From: an uncultured Gemmatimonadales bacterium
GTDB taxonomy: Bacteria > Gemmatimonadota > Gemmatimonadetes > Gemmatimonadales > Gemmatimonadaceae
DNA length: 64,000 nucleotides
Direction of reading: 5' to 3'
Assembly (NCBI GenBank): GCA_963701965.1
Contig: OY969695.1
Span: 1 to 64,000 of the forward strand
Positions 39,662 to 49,748 of the stretch are shown one piece after another. The notes beneath the pieces are model-generated. The model ran no database searches and had not been told where the DNA came from. It worked only from the letters and a program-made list of their open reading frames with translations. The translations under genes and the position numbers were made by a program. Position 1 is the stretch's first letter; every line of letters starts with the position of its first letter.

Positions 39662-42600
39662 TCAGCGCTCGCCGCACGGCCCCTTCGCTACCCTCGCAGG
39701 CAGGAACTGCACCGCCTCTTCCGCTGTCAGATTACGCCCCGCCGTCCTGCATGCGACTTCGACCAGGTCGTCGCGTCGTAGTCGCCATCTGCGTATCGTC
39801 CCGTCGTAAGCGCCGCTCACGAGCCAGCGGCTGTCCGGTGTGAATCCCAGATGCTGCACGCTGGCTTCGTGTCCGCGCAGGACCACCGGTGCCGCGGTCG
39901 GCGCGGCCGGGCTCCAGAGCCGGATGGTGCGGTCTTCCGATGCCGTCGCAAGCCATTTACTGTCGGGGCTGAACGCGATGGCGCCAAGGCGCCCGACGTG
40001 GCCACGCAGGACCACCGGCGCTGCGGCCGCGGCGTTGCCCAATGCGAGAAGCGCCGCAGTGTTGTCCCACGCGCCGAAGGCCACCCAGCGGCCGTCCGCG
40101 CTGAACGCGGCCTGCAACACGCGGTCGCTGAACGCGACTTCGCGTGCGAGCTTCGGCGTGGTGCCTTGCAGGTCCCAGAGCCTGCCCTTTTGATCAAAGC
40201 TCGCTGTAGCCGCCCAGTGTCCGTCGGGGCTGAACGCCACCTGATAGACGACGTTGCCGTGAGGCAACTCGCGCGCGTCGGCACAGGGGGTCGGCGATGC
40301 CATGTTCCAGATCCGAACCGGGCCGCCATGCGCGCCTGCGGCGAGCCCGCGGCCGTCGGCCGTGAACGTCAGCTCGCGAAGGGGGGCGTTGACCGCACAG
40401 CGGTGCCGCGGCTCAAGCGACGGGTTGTCGCCCGAGACGTCCCAAAGATTCAGACTGGCTTGCCGCGCCCACGTACCGCTCGCCAGCCAGCGCCCGTCGG
40501 GGCTGAAGCGCAATGTCCGCACCTCGCCGTGCACACGCTCGACCAGCAACCGCGGCTCGCTCGAAGCGTCTTTGAGATTCCAGAGGCTGATGACGTTTTT
40601 GCCCTGGCTCTTGGCTGCGAGCCAGCGTCCGTCCGGGCTGATTGCGACCGCGTGCGACGACGACGGCAGCGGCAATTCGCGCGCCGGTTTGTGGCCATCT
40701 GCGACGGACCACAGCCGCAACACGTTTTCGCCCTCGGCCGACGTCGCCACCTGGTCGCCGCCCGCGCTGAGGGCCATGCCTATGATCTTCGGCGCGCCGG
40801 GACTGCGCAGCACCATCGGGTCAGCAAGGGCGTCGGGAATCGGCCAGAGCCGAGCGTTCGCGTCGCCGCTCCAGCTCACCAGATGGCCGGGTCGCTCGCC
40901 GGGCACGAAGGTGGTCCGGACAATGCCACTATCGTGACCGCGCAGTAGCTTTGACGGTGCGGTCGGCGTAGACAAATCCCATAAGCGCGCTGATGCGTCG
41001 ACAGCGCCGGACGCAAGCCAGCGGCCGTCGTCACTGAAGCCAAGGCTCCCAACTGGGGCGCCGTGCCCTTTGAGGAGCAGCGACGCTGCCGACGTGCGGT
41101 CCCGAAGATCCCATAGCTGCACGTCCGCCGAGGAGCCACTGGCCACCGCCAGCCAACGCTGGTCGGCACTCAAAGCCACGGCGCTGATCCATCCTCCGCC
41201 GCCTGCGAACGAGCCCACCGGCTGCTCGGGCGGATTGGGCAGCATCAGATCCCAGAGCTCGACGGCGTAGCCATAGGCCACGGCGAGCCGCGAATCGTCG
41301 CCGTTGAACGCCATCGCCAAAAGCGAATCTTCGAGCAGCCGCTTCTGGTGCACCAGCTCACGCGGCTCGGCGCCGGCCGCTGCGCTCGAGAGGTCCCAAA
41401 GCCGCACCGGGGCGCCGAACGCCTTGCAGCCGCCCGTGCAGGTGGTGGCCAGCCAGCGCCCGCCCCGGCTGAACAGCACCTGCATCACCGGGTCGTTGCT
41501 CTTGCCGCGCTCGCAGGGCGCCTGCACCGGCCCTTGGGCGGCCATTCGCCACAGGCACACATGGCCGGCCTCCGTGCCGAAGGCGAGCCACTGGCCGTCG
41601 CCGCTGATCGCCAGCGCATGCACTGGGCCGAGCGAGCCGAGCGCGAATACGGTCGACGCCTGCGCTAGGGTGTCATCGACACGCCACACCCGCACGCTGC
41701 CGTCGCCGCCGCCGCTCACGAGCCAGCGCCCATCGCCGCTGAAAGCCATGCCGGCGACCGTTCCCGTGTGACCGTCCAAATTCTGCGCGTGCGTGCTCGG
41801 CTCGGCTGAATCCAGGTTCCACAGCCGTATCGCGCCCGATTCGTCGCCCGTCGCCAGCAAGCGCCGGTCCGGCGAGAATGCAGTCGCCGTCACGGGCTTA
41901 GCATGCTGCGCGAGCGGCTGGCCGCCAATGGTCAGCAACTGTTGCCGCAACCCGTCGATAGCGGTCAGCGTGCCCACCGCATCGTTCTTGCCCAGCGCCG
42001 CGGCACGCACGGCGAGCAGCAAGCTGCGCTGCGGTCGGCTGTCGGGGTCGCCCGTGTGGCGGGTGAGTTGCTGCACCTCACCCACGCGCTCGTTGGCGGC
42101 CGACGCTTCCCAGTACTGTTGCGTGGCCACCCAGGCACCGACGAGCGCGACAACGAAAAGGAATGTGGCGACGATGCTGAAGCGGCGCGCCGCCGTGGCC
42201 CGACGGCGCTCGGCGTGCGCGGCCCAGGGTCTGTTCCTCGGCGATGCGCTCGGCGTCGCGAAGCTTGCGTTCCTGTTCGGCGCGCTCGGCAGCTTCGCGC
42301 GCCTGCTGCGCGGCGCGGCAGGCGTCGAGATAGCGCTGTTCAACCGAAGCTTCGGGCAATTTGAAACGCGGGCTGGCGAGCAACGCGTCGAGCTCGCCCA
42401 ACCGACCGTTGCGGTGAACGAGCAGGTCCTCGCGGCGTGCGCCCTGCTCCCATTCCAAAGCTGCGCTGTGCAAACCTTCGAGAAGCCGCAGGTTGTCCTT
42501 GTCCGCGCTCAGCCAGTCGCTCAGTTGCGGCCACGTGCGCAACAGCGCCTCATGGGCGACCTCGTGGGTCTCGCGCCCCTGCGCGTCGCGGTCGCTGACC

Positions 42601-44108
42601 AGCAGCCGCGCGTCAATGAAACGCCGCAGCAGCGCGAGCACGCGCCTCGGCAACTGCTCGACTAATGCACGTCGGCGCACGTAGGCACCCTCGGCCGTAA
42701 TCCGTACCAGCGTTGGCACGAACGCGGCATGCAGCGCTTCCAGGTCCTCGGTGCTTGGCTGCGCCTCGCCAACGATGCGCTCGGCCTCCTGCCGCACGGC
42801 GCCGTCGAGTCGGCCCACCGCTTCGTAGGCGGCCAGGGTAAGCCGGCCGTCGGCGCCGGTGCGCTCGTAGATGCGGCGCAGCGTGAAGGCCAGCAGCGGC
42901 AGCGCGTCCTGCGTGCCCATGTCGCCGACCATCGCGTCAATCAAGCCGGGGTCAAGTTGCAAGCCAGCTAGGACCGCTGGCCCGCGAATGATCTCGGCGA
43001 CGCTCGCCTGCCGCATCGGGTCCAGCGTCAGCGCGCGGTAGCGCAGGTGGTGACCGTAGTGCTTGTCCTGCAGCGTCGGCTGATTCTGGAACTCGGCTAG
43101 GAACTCCGAGCGCAGCGTCGCCACCGCCATGAGTCGCCGATCCCCGCTTTCCAGCGCGGCGCGAAGCAGACCCAGAAAACGCTCCGCAGCGGACTTCGGC
43201 GTGTACCCGAACAGTTCTTCGGCTTGATCGATGGTGAGCAGCACCGTGGACTCGGTCTGCCGCGCGGCGAGGCCGAGGTCACGCGCCATGCCGAGCAGTG
43301 CCGCGCCGTCGGGCGGTGTCGCGTCTGCCGCCTGAACGAGCGTGTCGCGCAGACTGCGCCAATCGCGGGGGCGCCCGTGCGCTTCGAAAGCCGTGGCCAG
43401 CGCTAGGGCCATTTCGTCCAGTGGCTCGACCTGCGGCCGCAGCGGCGGTATTGGCAGCCATTCCATGGGACGCTTCTTCAAGCGTGGAATCACGCCGGCG
43501 CGCGCCAGCGAAGACTTGCCGCTGCCCGAGGCACCCAGCAGCAGCACGAAGCGCGGAGCTTCGCCGCTTTCTCGCCTCAGCGCGTCGAGCGCCTCGAGGG
43601 TCTTGGCCAAAGCCTCGCCCCGGCCGAAGAAGATTGCCGCGTCCGCTTCGTCGAATGCGAGCAGGCCGGGGTAGGGAGGACGATTCGGGTCCCAGTCGAA
43701 GGCGTCCAATGGGTCGAGCCCACGCTCCAGTAAACCCAGGCGCAGCCGCTCGTAGCCTTCGTCTGCGCGCTGGGTCAGGTCGACGTGCTGCACGTCGCTG
43801 AACAGGCCGCCCAAGTCAACCGCCTCAACTTTGACAAAGAACACCGGCTTGCCGCGCTCGCGCGCTTGCACCAGTTCTGCGAAACACCAGCGCGACGCCA
43901 GCCATCCGGGCGACAGCAGCGCGATCACTGCCTGGCATTGGCGCAGCTTGCGGTAGAGGGTCTGCTCCCAACTCGCGCCGGCCTGGATGCCGGCACCGGG
44001 ATCGAAATCCAAGAACAGCGACGTGTGGCCATTCGCCTCAAGCCATGCCTTCATGCGCGTGGCGGCATCGTTGTCGATGCTGCTGTGGCTTATGAAGATG
44101 GCAGTCAT
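39662..44108 (-). CDS. TIR - STAND (nSTAND1-like) NTPase - TM - WD40-repeat protein, about 1480 aa if the frameshift near 42227 is repaired
   Basis: IFISHS...WCFAEL TIR domain, PYPGLLAF, GASGSGKSS, IDQAEE, LPLLAFTL, HEALLRTW, a TM helix, then more than 12 GH...W(D/N) repeats. Confidence 0.9.
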
Positions 44109-44955
44109 GGACGGAGCTTAGCCGGGATGTCTTACGAAAAATAGGTCGCCAGACGTCAACGCCGCATCGCGGACTGTGGCGGCCGGCGGGAATTGCCGGA
44201 CCCGGCACATGAGCCGCGACAAGGCCTAGGGCGAGCTCGCACGCATATCGGACGATATTGAGCGACCCTGATCAGCGGGTACAACAGGGCGTCCTCGACG
44301 CGAAGGTCGCGAGGAGACACGGATCCCGCATTTGCTCGACAGGCAAGCGGCCAGGCGTGGAACGAAACCTCAAACGCGTACGGCACCAGCGCGAACGACG
44401 CGACTCGCCTGTCGTGGGACGCCACTCCAGCGCGCCATATGTGCGACCACCGGCTTGTCGCCGAGGCCGGCAAGCTCTAGAACTGCATGTCAGCAATACA
44501 GTGCGTTTGCGGGACCCTTGAGCAGAAGTACTGGCCGAACCTTGCTCGATCTGGCCCGAACGGACCTGTTTGAGCCTCTCGGACTGTCCTTGGAAATTGC
44601 GCAGCCTCGCAGCGCAAGCCGCTCGCATATAAGGGCTTGTTTATCACGCCGCAGGGTGCGGGCCAGTTCTATTCGTTGCCTAAGAAACATAAGCGCGTAG
44701 CAAGGCAAGCACACACTGCGACAAGCGCGTCATCGATGGCAAGGACACGCGGCGCAAGTCCCATATATTCATCGAGGCGTTCTGTTGTGCCGCGAGAGCG
44801 CTCACCCTATCATGTCTATCGAAGTGCTGAATGCAAACCTTCCTTGATTGCCTCTAATCACGCGCGCTGCTTTTCTGGGTAGCGCGTTTGTGCCACGGGA
44901 AACTTCTTGTGTCCTACCCAGCCATTCGCAGAATCTCATAGGGGGAGTCCAAGTC

Positions 44956-45822
44956 ATGGGAGATGCATTTTCTTTTGGTCGGCCATCTTCGCGCTGCTAT
45001 CTGACGCGGCTCTTTATTGGGGTACTAATTGCTGGCGCCGCCGGGATTGCCTTGCTTGTCCCTAAGGATGCCGTCGCGCAAGGATCGTACTATCGGCTCC
45101 AGTTGAAACAAGGTGGAACGTACCTTGATGCGGCGAACTGCTCCGACGACGTCGCGCTGCGTCCGGGGTCGACTTACGCGAATGGTGCCTGCCAACTCTG
45201 GCGCTTTGTCCCTGCTGGCGATGGCTGGGGCCGGCTCCAATTGCAACAGGGTGGAAAGTACCTTGACGCGGTGAACTGTTCGGACCGTGTCGCTCTGACT
45301 GCGGGATCGACCTACGCGAATGGTGGCTGCCAGCTCTGGCGCTTTGTCCCCGCCGGCGATGGCTGGGGGCGACTCCAGTTGAAACAGGGTGGAAAGTACC
45401 TTGACGCGGTGAACTGTTCGGACCGCGTCGCTCTGACTGCGGGATCGACCTACGCGAATGGTGCCTGCCAGCTCTGGCGCTTTGCCGCAGCCGGCAACCC
45501 TCCCGCAGCAGCCAACCCTCCGGCAGCAGCCCGCCCGACCGCGGCAGCCAACCTTCCCGTAGCAGCTCGCCCGACCGCAGCGGCCCCCTTGCCCGTCGTC
45601 AAGGTGGACGAGCAGTGCCGTTTTTATGCGAACAGCGCCGTGCAGCAGTTCAGGCTGACCGAAGGTCGGCGCGAATGCGGAGTTCGCCCGGAGGGCCGCT
45701 GGCAGCCCAACTACGACACCCACTACAACTGGTGCCTGACGATGGCGCAGAACGCTCGCACCGCGGAAACGGACGCACGCGACGCGTGGCTTTTCCGCTG
45801 CGGCGCAAAGGGGAAGCTCTGA
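44956..45822 (+). CDS. Secreted protein with three ricin-B-like (QxW) repeats, Pro/Ala linker and Cys-rich C-terminal domain
   Basis: GGGGAG RBS, signal-like segment ending AVA-Q, and three 46-aa repeats with YLD...CQLWRF. Confidence 0.75.
   Translation: MGDAFSFGRPSSRCYLTRLFIGVLIAGAAGIALLVPKDAVAQGSYYRLQLKQGGTYLDAANCSDDVALRPGSTYANGACQLWRFVPAGDGWGRLQLQQGGKYLDAVNCSDRVALTAGSTYANGGCQLWRFVPAGDGWGRLQLKQGGKYLDAVNCSDRVALTAGSTYANGACQLWRFAAAGNPPAAANPPAAARPTAAANLPVAARPTAAAPLPVVKVDEQCRFYANSAVQQFRLTEGRRECGVRPEGRWQPNYDTHYNWCLTMAQNARTAETDARDAWLFRCGAKGKL
45094..45483 (+). repeat. 138-bp tandem repeat x3 (third partial)
   Basis: Units start at 45094, 45232 and 45370. Confidence 0.92.
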
Positions 45823-45965
45823 TACTGACTCGTGTCGTGAGGGCGGTCCTGTAGTGCAAGCTCAAGTTGCTGCTTCGCGGACCCGTCAAAGGGTCGAATG
45901 ACTGAGGCGTTCGCTGGAGCACCGCTGTGAGCGACCGCCGCGCTGTCGACCACTGCCGCAACAGA

Positions 45966-46031
45966 CCGTTTGTGTTCTCGTTGCTGCTACGCTGCCATGG
46001 GCTCTGCGGATCGCAGAAGTAGACCTGGATG
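45966..46031 (-). mobile_element. Short internal IS30 transposase fragment
   Basis: Encodes [22 protein letters not shown]. Homologous but not identical to about 7807-7872. Confidence 0.8.
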
Positions 46032-46220
46032 CCGTTCGCATTGGCCCACCTGCTAGCGGACGGTCATGTGCGCCCGCACTCGGCCAGACCTCGGCCGCAA
46101 GCGGTCGCCGCGCTCTTCTTCAGGCGCTCGACAGAGTCTATTTCGCTCTAGTTCACAGGACGCCGGTTGCGGCTGGTCCTGGTGGACTTTGGCGGCCCAA
46201 CGGGATCGAGCGAAATCAAC

Positions 46221-46968
46221 GACTTAGCGGCCTCGATCTCGACGGACTTTATTTGTCGTGATCAGTTTGTGCCGCGCGAACTCACTTGAGCGAGCAGCGA
46301 TTCAATCCTGTTGCAAAGAGCGTCGGCCTGATCGACAAGCGATCTGCCGACGCTTGCGCTCGCAGGCTTGCGAGTTGCGGCCTTGGCCGGAACGCGTCGA
46401 GCCTTCAACGTTGCAACCGTGGTTCGGGTGATTGCCGATTCCTTCCGGCAAGGGCCTTCTCCGGTCGCCGGCAGATTGCGTCCGATGACTGCAGACATGA
46501 TCGCCGCCGTCAGGGCGCTGTGGAGATCGGCCGCTCGGCAGCGGCATTGCACCAAGGTCCATTGTCCCTAAGCGAGGGATTGGTCTATGGCACAGTCCGC
46601 CAAGATCCGAGGAGGTCCGGGACTGTCCAGGACGCTCTCAGCCCGTCGCACTCTATTTCAACTTTCTGCGTAGAGAGCCTAGAGGAGGCGACACGATTGC
46701 TTCTAGGGTCGCGGACAGCGCGGCGTTCCAGCCGCATTCAAGAGCTGGACCGGCAGCGCACCTCTGGGCGTCCCGCTGCGGCGGGGTGCGAATCAGCAGG
46801 GCATTGAAGTGGTTCAGCGCAGGTAATGCGCGAGGTGCGTGGCCGAATAGATCGCCAGGCCGACGAGCCCACCCACGACCGTGCCGTTGATCCGGATGAA
46901 TTGCAGGTCGCGACCGATGTTGTGCTCGAGCTCGTTCGTCATCTCCGCCGCGTTCCACTCACTGACGC
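46221..46968. repeat. 748-bp direct repeat, copy 2
   Basis: Matches 33731-34478. Confidence 0.95.
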
Positions 46969-48086
46969 GAGCGATGATGTACTGGCGGATGTCCTCGCGG
47001 TAGCGCTCGATCCAGCGCGGGGCCGCCGTCCGGATCTGCTCGTTGATCCAGCCCTGCATCGCAGCGTCGGCGCCGAGCTTTTCACCCAGCGAGCGCGTGC
47101 CAAGCGCAACCTGGCGGCGAAGACTCGATTCTGAGGCAGCCAGATCACTCTGCATCCACACGATCATCTGGCTCCACAGCCCATGCAGGTAGTCCGACAG
47201 CGCCGGGTGCGTGAGCAGCTCTCGCTTGAGCGCCTCGCCCTTCATGCGCAGCTCCGGATCGTGCTGCAGGCGGCCGATGAACTCGGCGACGAACTCGTCG
47301 AAGCGCAGACGCAGGGGATGCGCAGGATCGCTTCCCATCTCGCCGACGAGCCGGACGACTCCACTGACCATCATTTCGGTGGCGTAGCGGCCGGCGACTG
47401 CTGTCGAGGCCGACGAAGCGCAGGTACTTCACCTCCGCGGCGACGACCTCGGCGACCTCGGCCTTGATCGTTTCATCATCGAGCATGCGCGCGAGCTGCG
47501 ACAGCATGGCGTCGAGGAGACGCTGATGCCGCCGGTCCGCGGTGAGCACATCGAGGAGCTGACCGGCCAGGCGCGACATGTCGACCAGCTCGAGGCGGGC
47601 GACGACGGTGGCGCGGAAGAAAGCGCGGACCCGTTCGTCGTCGAGTACGCCGATCGCGTAGCGCATCGCCGCAGCGGCGTGCGACGCGAGGGTCTCCGCG
47701 TGGAGCGGGTCGGCGAGCCATGCGGCGAGGCGAGCTGCCGGATCGAAATGCGACAGCTTGGCGAGCACTTGCTCGGTGCTGAGAAAATTCGCGCAGATGA
47801 AGGTCGCGAGGTTCTCGCCGATCCGATCCTTGTTGCTCGGGATGATCGCCGTGTGCGGGATCGGGAGTCCGAGCGGGTGCCGGAACAGCGCCACCACCGC
47901 GAACCAGTCGGCGATCGCCCCCACCATCGCGGCCTCCGCGAATGCGGCCACATAGCCCCAGGCCGGATGGAGTGGAAGCAGCTCCGACGCCGCGACATAG
48001 ACAAAACCGGCCGCAACGAGCAGGCCGAGCGCGATGGCCTTCATGCGGGCGAGGTCGCCCGGGGGCACCCGCGTCCCTGCGGTCAC
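46814..48086 (-). CDS. DUF445 family membrane protein (frameshift near 47400)
   Basis: AEAAMVGAIADWFAVVALFRHPLGLPIPHTAII and IGRDLQFIRINGTVVGG. Confidence 0.88.
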
Positions 48087-48172
48087 TGCCCGCGACCTCT
48101 GTCGCCGCCAATCAGCATGAGAGTTGTATGCATAGCGCTCTATCTTGATGACGTGGCTCAGTTGGGCGACGC

Positions 48173-49433
48173 TCACGTCGACTGTCCAACGCGCGCGCGC
48201 TCCTTGCGGATGGGTGAGACGTTGGTGGTGGCGTGCGACGGCCGATCCAGGAATTGGGCCCAAGCGCGCATGGCCTTGACCCGTTTCTCGAACAGGTCAC
48301 CGCGCCAATAAGCTTCCTCTGTCTTGTTTTCGAGTGTGTGTGCGAGCGCCATCTCTATGACTTCACGCGGGAAACCGGTGCACTCCGTGGCCCAGGTCTT
48401 GAACGTAGCGCGAGCCAGGCCGTGCGGCACGGCATCGACCTGCAAGCGGCGCACCGTCGCGGTCATCGCCATGTCGGACAACTGCCGACCGTTGCGCGAG
48501 CTCGGGAAGATGAGATCGTCGAGTTCACCTCTGGGCCTTGCGCGCAGCAGCCGGACGGCCGCCTCCGAGAGCGGCACGCGATGAGGCTTCTTCGCCTTCA
48601 TGCGTTCGGCCGGGACAGTCCATGCCTTGGCGTCGAAGTCGACCTCTCGCCACCTCGCGCCGCGGACCTCGCCAGATCGTGCCGCCGTCAAAATTGCGAA
48701 CTCGAGCGCCTGAGCGCTTTCGCCTTCGACGGCACGCAATCGCGCCATGAAATCCGGCATCTCGGAGTAGGGGAGAGCGGCGTGATGTTCTGCGTTCGCG
48801 ACCTTGCTCGGCGCCGGCAGCATTACTGCGAGATGACCCTTCCAGCGCGCCGGATTCGGCCCGGCGCGATAGCCGCGGACCGTCGCCCAATCGAGGATGG
48901 ATTCAAGCCGGCCGCGCAGGCGCACCGCGGTTTCGGTCTTCGTCTTCCAGATTGGCTCGAGGATCGCCATGAGGTGCGGCGTGTCGACGTCCTGCACGAA
49001 AAGCTTGCCGATGACCGGGTTCGCGAACGTCTCGATCGTTGTCCGCCATTGGCTCAGATGCTTGACATTGGCCCATTCGGGAGACCTTGATCTCGATGTA
49101 GTTCGCGGCGCATTCGGCGAACGTCTTGGACGCCGCGCGTGCGGCGACTGCAGCGCTCCTTGCGGCGTCCTTGGCGTCGATCGGATTGATGCCCTGGCGG
49201 ACGAGTTCTCGTGCGTCTCTTGCCTTCTGGCGGGCCAGCGCGAGCGGGACTTCCGGGAAGCTTCCCAGACCCATCTCGGGACGCTTTCCGGCGAACGAAA
49301 AGCGGAGCAACCAGCTGCGCGCTTCGCCAGCAATGTGCAGGCCGAGCCCTGGCACTTCGCCGACGGAATGAAACCCGTCGCGACGCAGTTTCGAGACCGC
49401 GAGCGCCGAAAGCGCCTTAGCCCGCCTAGGCAT
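48173..49433 (-). CDS. P4-type tyrosine integrase (frameshift near 49082)
   Basis: Arm-binding N-terminus (MGLGSFPEVPLALAR), catalytic R (AARSGE), K, HGLAR, LAH and Y (EEAYWRGD). Confidence 0.92.
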
Positions 49434-49436
49434 TGC

Positions 49437-49480
49437 TATCCCACCAACGCACCAATTATCCCACCAACCTACCCTCCAAT
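49437..49480. repeat. Short direct repeats, candidate integrase arm-type sites
   Basis: TATCCCACCAAC at 49437-49448 and 49457-49468, plus a degenerate copy at 49470-49480, between the tRNA and int. Confidence 0.55.
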
Positions 49481-49604
49481 CGGAGGCGGATTGAAATATA
49501 CGGCTTCAAACGCCTTCGGACAAGTGATTCCTTGATTTACCGGGCGTAGAGGAGGGAATTCGGGACGTAGACGGACGTCTCTGGACTTGCTTGGACAGTC
49601 GTTT

Positions 49605-49694
49605 TGGCGGAGACGGTGAGATTCGAACTCACGGAGGGGTTGCCCCCTCGGCAGTTTTCAAGACTGCTGCCTTAGACCGCTCGGCCACGTCTCC
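49605..49694 (-). tRNA. tRNA-Ser(TGA)
   Basis: GGAGACG acceptor stem, anticodon arm GCAGT-CTTGAAA-ACTGC, long variable arm, GTTCGAATC and encoded CCA. 90 nt. Confidence 0.97.
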
Positions 49695-49748
49695 TTGTCG
49701 CCGCCATCTTCGCACGATGGCGCCGACCCGCAGGCCGCCCGGCGTGCC

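Noticed and set aside
45094..45590. CRISPR array
   Set aside because: The repeats are contiguous, in-frame coding units without unique spacers, and no cas genes are present.
34479..46220. Integron cassette array
   Set aside because: Genes face both directions, I recognised no attC RYYYAAC...GTTRRRY sites, and the integrase is P4-type rather than IntI.
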